Part shown: piece after piece, positions 10,220 to 20,136 of the stretch | Position numbering within the stretch: position 1 is the stretch's first letter | How the letters are laid out: each line of letters opens with the position of its first letter | Source of the DNA: an uncultured delta proteobacterium | Lineage (GTDB): Bacteria; Myxococcota_A; Polyangia; Polyangiales; Polyangiaceae | Assembly (NCBI GenBank): GCA_963763745.1 | Contig: CAVXQJ010000016.1 | Location: forward strand, 449,029 to 513,028 | Direction of reading: 5' to 3' | DNA: 64,000 nucleotides | Notes under the pieces: generated by a model | Told to the model about the DNA's origin: nothing | The model's database searches: none | What the model saw: the letters and a program-made list of their open reading frames with translations, nothing else | Position numbers and translations under genes: made by a program

Positions 10220-11584
10220 ATGGCGAAACTGCAAACGAGATACGTCTGCCAAGCGTGCGGCGCGAGCTTCGCGAAGTGGCTCGGTCGCTGCTCCGAGTGC
10301 GAGGCGTGGAACACGGTGTCGGAAGAAGTCGTGCGCGACAAACCGCGCGGCGCCACGCCTGCTGCGCGTGCGGTGCCGCTCTCCGAGGTGAGCGCCGACG
10401 AGTTCGCGCGCGTGCCGACGGGAATCGGCGAATTCGATCGCATCTTGGGCGGCGGCGTCGTGCTCGGCGGCGTCACGCTCGTCGGCGGCGATCCCGGCAT
10501 CGGAAAATCGACGCTCCTCTTGCAAGCGCTTGCGGGTCTCGCGTCGCGCAAGCTGAAGTGTCTCTACGTGTCGGGCGAAGAGAGCGCGGCGCAGACGGCG
10601 GCGCGCGCGCGGAGAATCACGCAGCGCAGCGGAGGCGCGAACGACATCGACTCGCTACTTCTCCTCGCGGACACGCAGCTCGAGAGCATCGAGTCCGCGA
10701 TCGACGAGCACCATCCGCGCGCGCTCGTCGTCGACAGCGTTCAGACGATTCGCTCCGCGGGTCTCGACGCGGCCGCCGGAACGGTGAGCCAACTTCGCGA
10801 GGTCACCGCGCGCGTCATCGAGCGAAGCAAGCGCGACGGCATCGCGGCGCTCCTCGTCGGTCACGTGACGAAAGACGGCGTGCTCGCGGGTCCGAAGGTG
10901 CTCGAGCATCTCGTCGACACGGTCCTTGCGTTCGAAGGCGAACGCTCACACGCGCTCCGAACGCTCCGCGCGCAGAAAAACCGTTTCGGAAGCGCGACGG
11001 AAGTCGGCGTGTTCGAAATGCGCGCCGAAGGTCTTCGCGAAGTGCCGAACCCGAGCGCGCTGTTTCTCGCCGAGCGTCCGCGCGGCGCGCCGGGAAGCGT
11101 CATCGCCGCAACCGCGGAAGGCGCGCGCGCTCTCCTCGTCGAAGTGCAAGCGCTCGTCGGCGCGCCGAGCAACAACGGATCGCCGCGACGCACGGCGAAC
11201 GGCGTCGACACCGCGCGCCTCGCGATGCTCATCACGGTGCTCGAGCGCCGCGCGGGTTTGCACGCGACGAGCTGCGATGTGTTTCTCAACGTCGCCGGCG
11301 GCGTCCGCGTCGACGAGCCCGCGGTGGATTTGCCCGTTGCGCTCGCGCTCGCGTCGAGCTTGCGCGGGCGTCCCGTCCCGGAGGACGTCGTCGCGTTCGG
11401 CGAAGTGGGCCTCGCAGGAGAAGTGCGTGGCGTGTCGCGCGTGCGCGCGCGTTTGGCCGAGGCGGCCGCGATGGGTTTTCGCCGCGCCATTCTTCCCCGC
11501 ACCGACGAAAAAGTAGACGGCATCGACCAGGTCGAACTGATCACCGTGCGCACCCTCGCCGAAGCGCTCGAAGTTGTTTTGTAG
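10220..11584 (+). CDS. radA: DNA repair protein RadA (Sms)
   Basis: MAKLQTRYVCQACGASFAKWLGRCSECEAWNT zinc finger; Walker A GGDPGIGKSTLLLQ; KNRFG; Lon-like C-terminal domain. Intact, 454 aa. Confidence 0.95.
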   Translation: MAKLQTRYVCQACGASFAKWLGRCSECEAWNTVSEEVVRDKPRGATPAARAVPLSEVSADEFARVPTGIGEFDRILGGGVVLGGVTLVGGDPGIGKSTLLLQALAGLASRKLKCLYVSGEESAAQTAARARRITQRSGGANDIDSLLLLADTQLESIESAIDEHHPRALVVDSVQTIRSAGLDAAAGTVSQLREVTARVIERSKRDGIAALLVGHVTKDGVLAGPKVLEHLVDTVLAFEGERSHALRTLRAQKNRFGSATEVGVFEMRAEGLREVPNPSALFLAERPRGAPGSVIAATAEGARALLVEVQALVGAPSNNGSPRRTANGVDTARLAMLITVLERRAGLHATSCDVFLNVAGGVRVDEPAVDLPVALALASSLRGRPVPEDVVAFGEVGLAGEVRGVSRVRARLAEAAAMGFRRAILPRTDEKVDGIDQVELITVRTLAEALEVVL

Positions 11585-11604
11585 GAGTGGTAGAGAGAAC
11601 CTTC

Positions 11605-12138
11605 ATGCGTTCTCTTCATCGCCTCTCTCTCCTCGCTGCCCTCGTTCTCGCTGCTTGTGATTCGACGGGCACGGGCGGCGGCGCCGAATCCGCCTCGGGA
11701 TCGTCTCACGAGCTCGTCGGCAAGCCCGCGCCGTCCTTCTCCGTGAGCACGGCGAACGGCAAAGGCAAAGTCGACATCGCGAGCCTCAAGGGCAAGGTCG
11801 TCGTCGTGGACTTCTGGGCGACGTGGTGCGGCCCGTGCAAAGAGTCGTTCCCGAAGTTGCAGGAGCTCTACACGAAGTACCAATCGAACGGCCTCGAAAT
11901 CGTGGGCCTCTCGGAGGACGACGAGAACCAAGGCATCGCCGAGTTCGGCCAAGCGCACGGCTCGGTCAAGTTCCCGATCGGCTGGGACAACGGCAAGAGC
12001 ATCGCGGGCCAATACAAGCCGCCGACGATGCCGACGAGCTTCGTCGTCGACAAGAACGGTATCGTACGTTTCGCGCACGTTGGCTACCACGACAACGACC
12101 AGGCGGAGATCGAGAAGGAGCTGAAGGGTCTTCTCTAG
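11605..12138 (+). CDS. TlpA/ResA-like thiol:disulfide oxidoreductase lipoprotein (thioredoxin fold)
   Basis: MRSLHRLSLLAALVLAAC lipoprotein signal; WATWCGPCKESFPKLQELY active site. The stop TAG lies inside the CTAG target duplication of the downstream IS. Confidence 0.85.
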   Translation: MRSLHRLSLLAALVLAACDSTGTGGGAESASGSSHELVGKPAPSFSVSTANGKGKVDIASLKGKVVVVDFWATWCGPCKESFPKLQELYTKYQSNGLEIVGLSEDDENQGIAEFGQAHGSVKFPIGWDNGKSIAGQYKPPTMPTSFVVDKNGIVRFAHVGYHDNDQAEIEKELKGLL

Positions 12139-13021
12139 AGGGCATCTCATAAACGTGTAGTTTGCAAGTGATCGGAATTGCTCCATGTTTCGCCCGGTAT
12201 TTCCATCCGCTCGCAGGCGTGCTGTGAGTGGTGGTCATGGACCTCACCGACAAGCAGTGGCGTCTGATCGAACCGCTGATACCGAGACGCAAACGTCGCA
12301 GCGACGGCAAAGGTCGTCCTCCGAAGGATCGCGCCCGAGCTCTCTTGAATGGGATGCTTTGGATTCTGCGCACGGGTGCGCAGTGGAAGCATTTGCCAAG
12401 AGAATATCCTCCGCGTGCGACGACACATCGTTGGTTCCAACGATGGTGCGCCGACGGAACTTGGGAATCGATACGACTCACGCTGCTGAACGACTTATGC
12501 GTTCGCGGCGGCCTGTCGCTCGAAGAGTGTTTCATCGACGGCAGCTTCGCGGCCGCCAGAAAAGGGGGCTCTGCGTTGGTCCGACGAAGGCCGGCAAAGG
12601 CACCAAGCGCATGGTGGTTGTCGATGGCCATGGCACTCCAATCGGAGTCTGCATCGAAAGCGCCTCGCCCGCCGAGATCAAACTCGTCAACGCGGTCCTC
12701 GACACCATCCCAGCGCACTTGCTCCCCGAATTCTTGATCGGCGATCGCGCTTACGACAGTGATCCGAAAGACGCCGAGCTGCTGAACGAATATGACATCA
12801 AGCTCGTTTCTCCGAATCGCAGCAATCGCATTCGGCAGACGCAAGACGGTCGAACGCTGCGACGATATTGTCGTCGCTGGATCGTCGAGCGCACGAACGC
12901 GTGGCTTTTGAATTTCCGCCGCCTCGCGAATCGCTGGGATCACCATGCGTCAAACTACGCGGGGTTTCTGCGGCTTGCGTGCATCATCATCATGCTGAGG
13001 CATTTCTGAGATGCGCTCTAG
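12135..13021 (+). mobile_element. IS5-family (IS427-group-like) insertion sequence, ~880 bp, 15-bp imperfect terminal inverted repeats, CTAG target-site duplication
   Basis: IRL ctagagggcatctca (12135-12149) matches the reverse complement of IRR tgagatgcgctctag (13007-13021) at 14/15 positions. ctag flanks both ends (12135-12138, 13018-13021). It carries two-frame transposase orfA/orfB with an A_AAA_GGG slippery motif at 12560-12566. Confidence 0.8.
12237..13009 (+). CDS. IS5/IS427-group transposase OrfAB (orfA 12237..12737; orfB frame to 13009; predicted programmed -1 frameshift at AAAAGGG ~12560)
   Basis: OrfA MDLTDKQWRLIEPLIP...GRPPKDRARALLNGMLWILRTGAQWKHLPREYPP (DUF4096-like). OrfB frame ...GKGTKRMVVVDGHGTPIGVCIESASPAEIKLV...IGDRAYDSD...RWIVERTNAWLLNFRRL (DDE). 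Neither frame contains a stop, so the element appears intact. Confidence 0.8.
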
Positions 13022-13028
13022 TCTCATC

Positions 13029-13050
13029 GCGCGTGCAAGCCTGCACGCGC
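13029..13050 (+). terminator. GC-rich hairpin gcgcgtgca-agcc-tgcacgcgc, candidate displaced terminator of the thioredoxin-like gene
   Basis: 9-bp perfect stem seen in sequence just outside the IS right end. A T-rich run (gctgctttttgtgtg) follows ~25 nt later. Weak. Confidence 0.25.
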
Positions 13051-13100
13051 GAGGAACGCGGCTTCTTGTCTGGCTGCTTTTTGTGTGGTGATCTTTTCGT

Positions 13101-13919
13101 GTGAGGGTATCGCGCGCGGTCGTTGTCGCGATCGCCGTCGGCGTCGTCCAGATTTTTGGACAGTCGGCGGTGGCGCAGGACATCTCCGTCTCGAAGCGCG
13201 AGCTCGCGTCGTCGTCGGATTATCGCGTGCGCGTCGCGTCGGCGCTCGCGCTCGGACGCAGCCGCGATGCGACCGCGCGTCCGCTCCTCGAGCAAGCGCT
13301 CTCCGACACGAACCCCGCGGTGCGCACCGCCGCGGCCGCTGCGCTCGGTGCGCTCGGCGATGACGCCGCCGTTCCCGCGCTCGAACGCGCGAAGGCGCAC
13401 GAAGCATCCGACAGCGCGCGCGCGCAGATGGAGAGCACGATCACCGCGCTCAAGCGCACCTCGAATCTTCAAGGCGTGCAGCTCGTCGTGCAAATCGGAA
13501 CGATGCGCAACAACACGTCCGTGCGCGGCACTGACGTCGCCGATGTCTTGCGCACCGCGGCCACTTCGCGCGCGCGCACGATGAACCACGTGGCCGTCGC
13601 GACGCCGCAAGACTCGACCATGGTGCTTCGCGCGGCGGGTGCGCAGCACATTCCGGTCGTGCTCCTCGACGGGAACGTCACGCGCCTCGCGCAGAGCGCG
13701 AGCGCATCGACGGTGACGTGTCAGGCCGAGGTCGAGTTCGTCGTTCGGAAGATTCCGGATCAAACGCTGCGAAGCACGCTCTCGGGGAAAGCCGCCGCGA
13801 TGGGAACGGGAACGACCTCCGCGCGCGGGATGGCGTCGCTTCAGGACCAAGCCATCGGCGGCGCCGTCGAGAGCGCGCTCCGAAACGCGGACGAGGGTCT
13901 ACGTCTCGCTGCGCGCTAG
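13101..13919 (+). CDS. secreted HEAT/PBS-lyase-repeat protein
   Basis: N-terminal signal (AVVVAIAVGVVQIFGQSAVAQ). Repeated ...VRVASALALGRSRDATARPLLEQALSDTNPAVRTAAAAALGALGDDAAVPALERA... HEAT-like repeats. Confidence 0.55.
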   Translation: MRVSRAVVVAIAVGVVQIFGQSAVAQDISVSKRELASSSDYRVRVASALALGRSRDATARPLLEQALSDTNPAVRTAAAAALGALGDDAAVPALERAKAHEASDSARAQMESTITALKRTSNLQGVQLVVQIGTMRNNTSVRGTDVADVLRTAATSRARTMNHVAVATPQDSTMVLRAAGAQHIPVVLLDGNVTRLAQSASASTVTCQAEVEFVVRKIPDQTLRSTLSGKAAAMGTGTTSARGMASLQDQAIGGAVESALRNADEGLRLAAR

Positions 13920-13949
13920 TCACGACCCTTTTCGAGTAGAGTCCGGCGC

Positions 13950-15041
13950 GTGCGCGTCCTCTTCGTGTCGAAGCCCATCGTTCCGCCGTTCGACGACGGA
14001 TCGAAGTGTCTCGTTCGCGACATCGCATGCGCGCTCACGGTCGCCGAGCCGACGGTGATGGTTTCGCCCGGAGGACCCACGCTCGGCGCGCGCGTTCACC
14101 GCGAGAACGTCTACGGAACCGCGTCGCGCTTCGCGCCTTCGCAAGCGGCGCTCGCGTTCAATCGTCTCATGTTCGGCGATCCGCAGGATCTATGGCACTT
14201 CGTGTTCGCGCCGAACGCGGCGTCTTCGTCGGCCGCGCGCCTCGCGATCCGATCGCAGCGCTCGCGCGGGTGGAAGGGCAAAGTCGTCCAGACGATCGCG
14301 AGCAAGCCCAAATCGTTCGAGGGCGTGCGCGCGCTCCTGTTCGGCGATCGCATCGTCGCGCTCTCCGAGTGGACGCGCGGGCAGCTCCTTCGCGCCGGCG
14401 TACGCGACGCGATCGTGCGCGTGATCCCGCCGTGCGTGTCCGAGCCGAAGCCGCGAAGGGCGCGCGAAGAGGTGCGCGCCCAACTCGACGTCGGCGATGG
14501 TCCGCTCATCGTGTACCCCGGCGACTTGCACATCTCGTCCGGCGCGGCGACGGTCGCGCTCGCTGCGTCCGAAGTGCTGCGCGCGGTTCCGGGCGCGCGC
14601 TTCGTGTTCGCGTGTCGGAGAAAAGGCAAAGACACGGCGATGTACGAAACGGGTCTCCGCGAAGCGCTTCACGGCCTCGAGCCCTACGTGCGCGTCGCGG
14701 GCGACGTGGACGACATGCACGCGCTCCTCGCCGCGTGCGACGTCGTCGCGTTTCCCGTCGACGATCTCTACGGCAAAGTCGATCTCCCGATCGTCCTCCT
14801 CGAATCGATGGCGCTCGGCAAACCGCTCGTGCTCGCATCGGGCGGTCCGCTCGAAGAGCTCCCCGGAAAAATGGTCGCGCCACGCGATCACATCGCGCTC
14901 GCGGACGCGCTCATCGAGCTCGCTCGCGACGTCTCGGCGCGCGCGCACTTCGGATCGCTCGGCCAAGCGACGTGGCGACAGCGTCACACCCCCGAAGTCG
15001 TCGCCGCGCAACACGACGCGCTGTATGTCGAGCTTGCGTGA
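13950..15041 (+). CDS. glycosyltransferase family 4 (GT-B, group 1)
   Basis: MRVLFVSKPIVPPFDDGSKCLVRDIA N-terminal fold. C-terminal ...VVAFPVDDLYGKVDLPIVLLESMALGKPLVLASGGPLEEL matches the GT1 E-x7-E region. Confidence 0.65.
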   Translation: MRVLFVSKPIVPPFDDGSKCLVRDIACALTVAEPTVMVSPGGPTLGARVHRENVYGTASRFAPSQAALAFNRLMFGDPQDLWHFVFAPNAASSSAARLAIRSQRSRGWKGKVVQTIASKPKSFEGVRALLFGDRIVALSEWTRGQLLRAGVRDAIVRVIPPCVSEPKPRRAREEVRAQLDVGDGPLIVYPGDLHISSGAATVALAASEVLRAVPGARFVFACRRKGKDTAMYETGLREALHGLEPYVRVAGDVDDMHALLAACDVVAFPVDDLYGKVDLPIVLLESMALGKPLVLASGGPLEELPGKMVAPRDHIALADALIELARDVSARAHFGSLGQATWRQRHTPEVVAAQHDALYVELA

Positions 15042-15064
15042 TGTGCTAAAAAACCGCGTCGATC

Positions 15065-17755
15065 ATGTCGCTCACAGGCGTTCCGGACGAGCTGAAGAAA
15101 ACTTCCGCGCAAGTGCGCGCCGCGTTCCTCGATTTCTTCGCGCAGCGCGGCCACTCGGTTCAGCCGAGCGCGTCGCTCGTTCCGCGAAACGATCCCACGC
15201 TCATGTTCGTGAACGCGGGCATGGTCCCGTTCAAAGACGTCTTCACTGGTAAAGAGACGCGTCCGTACAAGCGCGCGACGTCTTCGCAGAAGTGCATCCG
15301 CATCAGCGGCAAGCACAACGACCTCGAGAACGTCGGCGTCACCGCCCGCCACCACACCTTCTTCGAGATGCTCGGTAACTTCAGCTTCGGCGATTACTTC
15401 AAAGAAGAGGCCATCGCGTTTTGTTGGGAGCTCCTCACGAAGGGCTACGGCCTTCCGAAGGAGCGCATGGTGTTCACCGTCTTCGGCGGCGAGAGCGGCG
15501 TGCCCGCCGACGACGAAGCACGCGCGCTATGGAAGAAGATCGCGGGCGTCGGTGACGATCGCGTCATCGGCATGGGCGCGGCCGACAACTTCTGGCGCAT
15601 GGGCGACACCGGTCCGTGCGGCCCATGTACCGAGGTACATTTCTACCTTGGTAACTTGGACCACGGCGTCCCCGACTACTCCACGTTCGGCCAAGAGCCC
15701 GCGCCCGACGGCACGGGATGGTTCGAAGTGTGGAATCTCGTCTTCATGCAATTCAACCAAGGCGCGACGCTCGAGCCGCTCCCCGCGCCCTGCGTCGACA
15801 CGGGCATGGGGCTCGAGCGCATCACGAGCGTCGTGCAAGGCGTGACGAGCAACTACGACACCGACTTGCTCCGCGCGCTCGTCGACGAAGCCGCGAGCAT
15901 CGCGGGCAAACCCTATCGCGCGACGGGCGCGGACGACGACGTCTCGATGCGCGTCATCGCGGATCACGCGCGCACGACCGCGTTCTTGATCGCGGAAGGC
16001 GTCTTCCCCGATCGCGACGGCAAGGAATACGTCCTTCGTCGCGTGATGCGCCGCGCGATCCGCCACGGCCACCGCCTCGGGATCCGCCAGCCGTTCTTGC
16101 ATCGCGTCGCGCTGCGCGTCGTCGACGAGATGGGCGACGCGTATCCCGAGCTCCGCGAGCGCCGTGATCTCATCGCGAGCGTGTCCGAGCAAGAGGAAGT
16201 GCGCTTCCGCGAAACGATCGAGCGCGGTCTTGGATTGTTGAATACCGAGATTTCTACGACAGCATCGCTTGGCTCGACAACGATTTCGGGCTCAGCCGCT
16301 TTCAAACTCTACGACACGTTTGGATTCCCGTTGGATTTGACGCAGGTGATCGCAAACGAGCGAGGGTTTGATGTCAACACTGACGGCTACGCAGCGGCGC
16401 TCGAAGCGCAGCGCGCACGTAGCGCGGGATCCAAAGTCGGCGACGAAGCCGTCGAGAAGGTGTGGCACGAGATCGTCGAGAAGCACGGCGCCGCGAAGTT
16501 CACCGGATACGAGCGCGAGGACGGCGAAGCGCGCGTCGTCGCGATCGTGAAGGCGGGGGCGCTCGTCGACCGTGCAAGCGTTGGCGACGAAGTGTCGATC
16601 GTCGTCGATGTGACGCCGTTCTACGGCGAGTCCGGCGGGCAAGTCGGCGATCAAGGCGAAATCACGGGAAATGACGCTGGATTTCATGTGCAAGATACAC
16701 AGAAACCGATCGCGGGCATCATCGCGCACGTCGGCAAGGTGACGCGCGGCGCGATCGCGGTCGGCGATTCCGTGAAGCTCGAAGTCGATCACGCGCTCCG
16801 CACGGCGACGCGCCGCAATCACTCCGCGACGCACCTGCTTCATTGGGCGCTCCGCACCGTGCTCGGCGAGACCGCCACGCAAAAAGGATCGCTCGTCGGC
16901 CCCGAGCGCCTTCGCTTCGATTTTGCGCACGGGAAATCGCTCGGCGAAGACGAAGTGAAGCGCATCGAAGATCTCGTGAACGAGAAGGTGCTCGGCGACG
17001 CGCCGGTTCGGACCGAAGTGCTTCCGATCGACGAAGCGAAGAAGCGCGGCGCGATGGCGATCTTCGAAGAAAAATACGGCGACGTCGTCCGCGTGCTCAC
17101 GATGACGAAGGACTCCGTCGAGCTATGCGGCGGAACGCACGCGCGCGCGCTCGGCGAGATCGGCATGTTCAAGATGGTCAGCGACGCGGCGCTCCAAGCG
17201 GGTGTGCGTCGCATCGAGGCGGTCACCGGAATGAACGCGCTCGCGCACGTGCGCAGCGTCGAGAGTGCGTCGAAGCACGCGGCGCATTCGCTCGGCGTCG
17301 GCGTGTCGCAGCTCGTCGAACGCGCGGACAAATTGGTCGCAGAGAAGAAGGCGCTCGAGCGCGAGGTCGCGGACTTGAAACGCAAAGTGGCCATGGGCGG
17401 AAGCGGCGCAGCCGATCACACCGCGAACGCACGGGAGATCCCCGGTGGAAAAGCGCTCGCCGTGCGCGCCGACGTGCCCGACGCGGCGACGCTGCGCGAG
17501 CTCGCCGAAAAGCTTCGCGACAAGCTCGGCTCCGCGGTCGTTCTCGTCGGCGCCGCGAGCGCGGACAAAGCGATGCTCGTGCTCACCGTCTCGAAGGACC
17601 TCACCGATCGCTACAAAGCGGGCGACCTCATTCGCGGCATCGCGCAGCTCGTCGGCGGAAGCGGCGGCGGGCGCCCCGACATGGCGCAAGCCGGCGGGAC
17701 GAACGTCGCGAAGCTCGACGAAGCGCTCGAGAGTCTCTACGCGCGCCTCGCGTGA
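15065..17755 (+). CDS. alaS: alanine--tRNA ligase
   Basis: Full-length 896 aa with FLDFFAQRGH, class II motifs, editing-domain HSATHLL and C-terminal DHHA1. Intact. Confidence 0.97.
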   Translation: MSLTGVPDELKKTSAQVRAAFLDFFAQRGHSVQPSASLVPRNDPTLMFVNAGMVPFKDVFTGKETRPYKRATSSQKCIRISGKHNDLENVGVTARHHTFFEMLGNFSFGDYFKEEAIAFCWELLTKGYGLPKERMVFTVFGGESGVPADDEARALWKKIAGVGDDRVIGMGAADNFWRMGDTGPCGPCTEVHFYLGNLDHGVPDYSTFGQEPAPDGTGWFEVWNLVFMQFNQGATLEPLPAPCVDTGMGLERITSVVQGVTSNYDTDLLRALVDEAASIAGKPYRATGADDDVSMRVIADHARTTAFLIAEGVFPDRDGKEYVLRRVMRRAIRHGHRLGIRQPFLHRVALRVVDEMGDAYPELRERRDLIASVSEQEEVRFRETIERGLGLLNTEISTTASLGSTTISGSAAFKLYDTFGFPLDLTQVIANERGFDVNTDGYAAALEAQRARSAGSKVGDEAVEKVWHEIVEKHGAAKFTGYEREDGEARVVAIVKAGALVDRASVGDEVSIVVDVTPFYGESGGQVGDQGEITGNDAGFHVQDTQKPIAGIIAHVGKVTRGAIAVGDSVKLEVDHALRTATRRNHSATHLLHWALRTVLGETATQKGSLVGPERLRFDFAHGKSLGEDEVKRIEDLVNEKVLGDAPVRTEVLPIDEAKKRGAMAIFEEKYGDVVRVLTMTKDSVELCGGTHARALGEIGMFKMVSDAALQAGVRRIEAVTGMNALAHVRSVESASKHAAHSLGVGVSQLVERADKLVAEKKALEREVADLKRKVAMGGSGAADHTANAREIPGGKALAVRADVPDAATLRELAEKLRDKLGSAVVLVGAASADKAMLVLTVSKDLTDRYKAGDLIRGIAQLVGGSGGGRPDMAQAGGTNVAKLDEALESLYARLA

Positions 17756-17772
17756 GACGAGTCGAGTCGACC

Positions 17773-17784
17773 ATGAATATTCAT
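17773..17784. promoter_or_regulatory. AT-rich palindrome atgaatattcat in the alaS / ATPase intergenic region (candidate operator)
   Basis: 12-bp perfect palindrome inside an AT-rich stretch (catgaatattcatcattgaacattgaatatacatgg), ~40 bp upstream of the GTG start at 17820. The local AT-richness is striking for a ~70% GC genome. Confidence 0.25.
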
Positions 17785-17819
17785 CATTGAACATTGAATA
17801 TACATGGTAATATCGAGCC

Positions 17820-18956
17820 GTGGATCGAGCGGCTGCTCGCGGACGGATCGAAGCTCTACTCCGTGACAATCGCGTCGTCGCGCTTGTGGGCGCGCGGCAG
17901 GTGGGCAAGACCACGCTCGCTCGAGCGATCGCCCGCGATCGCCGCGCAACCTATTACGACTTGGAAGATCCAGTCGACCTCGCGCGGCTCGATGAGCCGT
18001 CGCTGTTCATGGAAAGCGCGCGAGGCCTCGTCGTGCTCGACGAGGTTCAGCGGCGGCCGGACATTTTCCCCGTCTTGCGCGTCCTCGCCGACAAGCCGCG
18101 TGGGCCACGTTTCTTGGTGCTCGGGAGCGCATCGCCCGAGCTCTTGCGGCAGTCGTCGGAGTCGCTCGCTGGACGCATCGCGTACATGGAGCTCGAGCCG
18201 CTCGGTCTCGCGGAAGTCGCGAATGCACTCACGAAGCTCTGGCTGCGCGGAGGTTTCCCCCGCTCGTTTCTCGCCGCGTCCGATGCCAAGAGCTTCGCGT
18301 GGCGCGAGAGCTTCGTGCGATCGTTCGTCGAGCGCGATGCGCCGCAGCTTGGTGTGAGCGTCAGCGCACCGACGCTGCGAAAGTTTTGGGCGATGCTCGC
18401 GCACGTCCACGCACAGACGCTCAATTACTCGGAGCTCGCGCGTTCGATGGGCGTGTCGGACATGACGATTCGCCGGTACGTCGACGCGCTCGCGCACACG
18501 TTCATGGTGCGCACGCTCCCGCCGTGGTTCGAGAACATCGCGAAGCGGCAGGTCAAGGCGCCGAAGCTCTTCTTCGCGGATACGGGGATTCTACACACAT
18601 TCTTCGACGTGCGTACGCAGAGCGAGCTTCGCGTTCACCCGCGCGTGGGCGCTTCATGGGAAGGCTTCGCGATCGACGCGGTCGTGCGCCGACTCGGCGC
18701 TCGGCGCGAAGATGCATACTTCTGGGCGACTCAGCAAGGCGCAGAGCTCGACCTGCTCGTCGTGCGCGGACGGACGCGCCTCGGGTTCGAGGTGAAGCTG
18801 ACGGCGGCGCCGAACGTCACACCCTCGATGCGCATCGCGCTCGCAGACTTGAAGCTCGACTCGCTCGACGTCGTCCACGCGGGTCGAGACACGTACCCGC
18901 TCGGCAAGAACATTCGCGCTCTCGCCCTGTCGCGCGTCGACAGCGATCTGGGGTGA
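17820..18956 (+). CDS. AAA+ ATPase, COG1373/DUF4143 family (paralog 1)
   Basis: Walker A VALVGARQVGKTTLA; LVVLDEVQ Walker B; conserved C-terminal DUF4143-like region (...WEGFAIDAVVRR...). ~60% identical to the 24325..25548 product. Confidence 0.8.
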   Translation: MDRAAARGRIEALLRDNRVVALVGARQVGKTTLARAIARDRRATYYDLEDPVDLARLDEPSLFMESARGLVVLDEVQRRPDIFPVLRVLADKPRGPRFLVLGSASPELLRQSSESLAGRIAYMELEPLGLAEVANALTKLWLRGGFPRSFLAASDAKSFAWRESFVRSFVERDAPQLGVSVSAPTLRKFWAMLAHVHAQTLNYSELARSMGVSDMTIRRYVDALAHTFMVRTLPPWFENIAKRQVKAPKLFFADTGILHTFFDVRTQSELRVHPRVGASWEGFAIDAVVRRLGARREDAYFWATQQGAELDLLVVRGRTRLGFEVKLTAAPNVTPSMRIALADLKLDSLDVVHAGRDTYPLGKNIRALALSRVDSDLG

Positions 18957-18989
18957 TTTCACGCAACCGGGCGCATCCGTCGTCGATGG

Positions 18990-19397
18990 GTGGGCATGAT
19001 CAAGCTCATCACGATTTCCATCGCCCTCGCGGCGGCGGCTGGATGCGGCGGCACGGTGATGACGTGCCCGCGCGTCGAGACGCCGGTGCTTCTCGGTCCG
19101 GTCGATCGCATCGGCGGCACGCCGAGCGCGGTTCCGTCGACTGATCGAACGCTCATCGCCAACGCGGAGTTCAGCTTCCAAATGGCGCACGGCGCGGGCG
19201 GCATGTACACGAGCGCCACGCGCACGGCGCGGTCCGCGGGAGCGGCGCCGGTTTGGGAAGCGCGCCTGCATCGCGACCAAGACATCCGCGTGGCCTCGGC
19301 GCGCACGAGCGGTTTCGTCTGGGACGCGTTCGGCATGTTTTGGATGGACAACGAAGTTCGACTCGAGATGGCCGTGACGAAGGCAGGTGCGAAATGA
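18990..19397 (+). CDS. hypothetical lipoprotein
   Basis: MGMIKLITISIALAAAAGCGG lipobox; first of three translationally coupled (ATGA overlaps) small lipoprotein genes. Confidence 0.45.
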   Translation: MGMIKLITISIALAAAAGCGGTVMTCPRVETPVLLGPVDRIGGTPSAVPSTDRTLIANAEFSFQMAHGAGGMYTSATRTARSAGAAPVWEARLHRDQDIRVASARTSGFVWDAFGMFWMDNEVRLEMAVTKAGAK

Positions 19398-19816
19398 AAT
19401 GCCTCTTGCCGCTTTTTGGGCTGCTCATCGTCGGTTGCGCCGGCGCGCGAACGGATGTCGTCGCACCGACTGCGTCGGTTCCCATCTCGTTCTCGCGCAG
19501 CGTGCGCGATCAGAACGGAGAGATCGTCTCCGAGGCGAATCGCCAAGTCGTCGGCCACTTCGAGTCGCGCCACAACGCGTGGGGACTTCTTTATTCGACC
19601 GTGAGGCTCGATCCGATCACGAACATCTCGAACGAGATCAACGAGCAGGTTCGCGCAGCCGGCGGCGATGCGGTCATCCGCTTGTCGATTCGTTCGAAGC
19701 CGTGCGCCACCGACTTCGTGCCCGTCTTCAACTTTCTGCCGTTCTGGCCTGGATGCACGCGCGTCGTCGTCGAGGGAGACATCATTCGCGTGCGACGCAT
19801 GGAGGCAAAGCGATGA
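19394..19816 (+). CDS. hypothetical lipoprotein
   Basis: MKCLLPLFGLLIVGCAG lipobox; ATGA overlap with the upstream and downstream genes. Confidence 0.5.
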   Translation: MKCLLPLFGLLIVGCAGARTDVVAPTASVPISFSRSVRDQNGEIVSEANRQVVGHFESRHNAWGLLYSTVRLDPITNISNEINEQVRAAGGDAVIRLSIRSKPCATDFVPVFNFLPFWPGCTRVVVEGDIIRVRRMEAKR

Positions 19817-20136
19817 AAACGATCAAGACGTTGTGTGTGGTTGCGCTCGCGAGCGTGGCGTGTGGCGGCGGTCGTCCGCCGGAGTTTCCGCAAACGTTCG
19901 TGAGCGAATCGCAAGACGAGTGGCTCGAGACGCACTGCGAGTCGCGCGGCATCCTCACAACGAGCACCGCAGCCTTCAACGATGCGATGAAGAACGCGGA
20001 AGCGAACTTCGGCGAAGTGGTGCACTACCAAGGCGGAATGATCGGCGCCGCACCGATCTCCGTGAAAGCGTTCGCCTGCAAATCGCGCCCGATTTGGTAC
20101 AGCCGCGACACGCTCGAAACGCCCGACGATCTCTAG
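19813..20136 (+). CDS. hypothetical secreted/lipoprotein
   Basis: MKTIKTLCVVALASVACGGG signal; third gene of the coupled triplet. Confidence 0.45.
   Translation: MKTIKTLCVVALASVACGGGRPPEFPQTFVSESQDEWLETHCESRGILTTSTAAFNDAMKNAEANFGEVVHYQGGMIGAAPISVKAFACKSRPIWYSRDTLETPDDL

Noticed and set aside
9994-12138. 714-aa ORF covering radA on another frame
   Set aside because: It has extreme Arg/Ala/Gly bias and overlaps intact radA. Only its last 177 codons (from ATG 11605) form the real TlpA-like gene.
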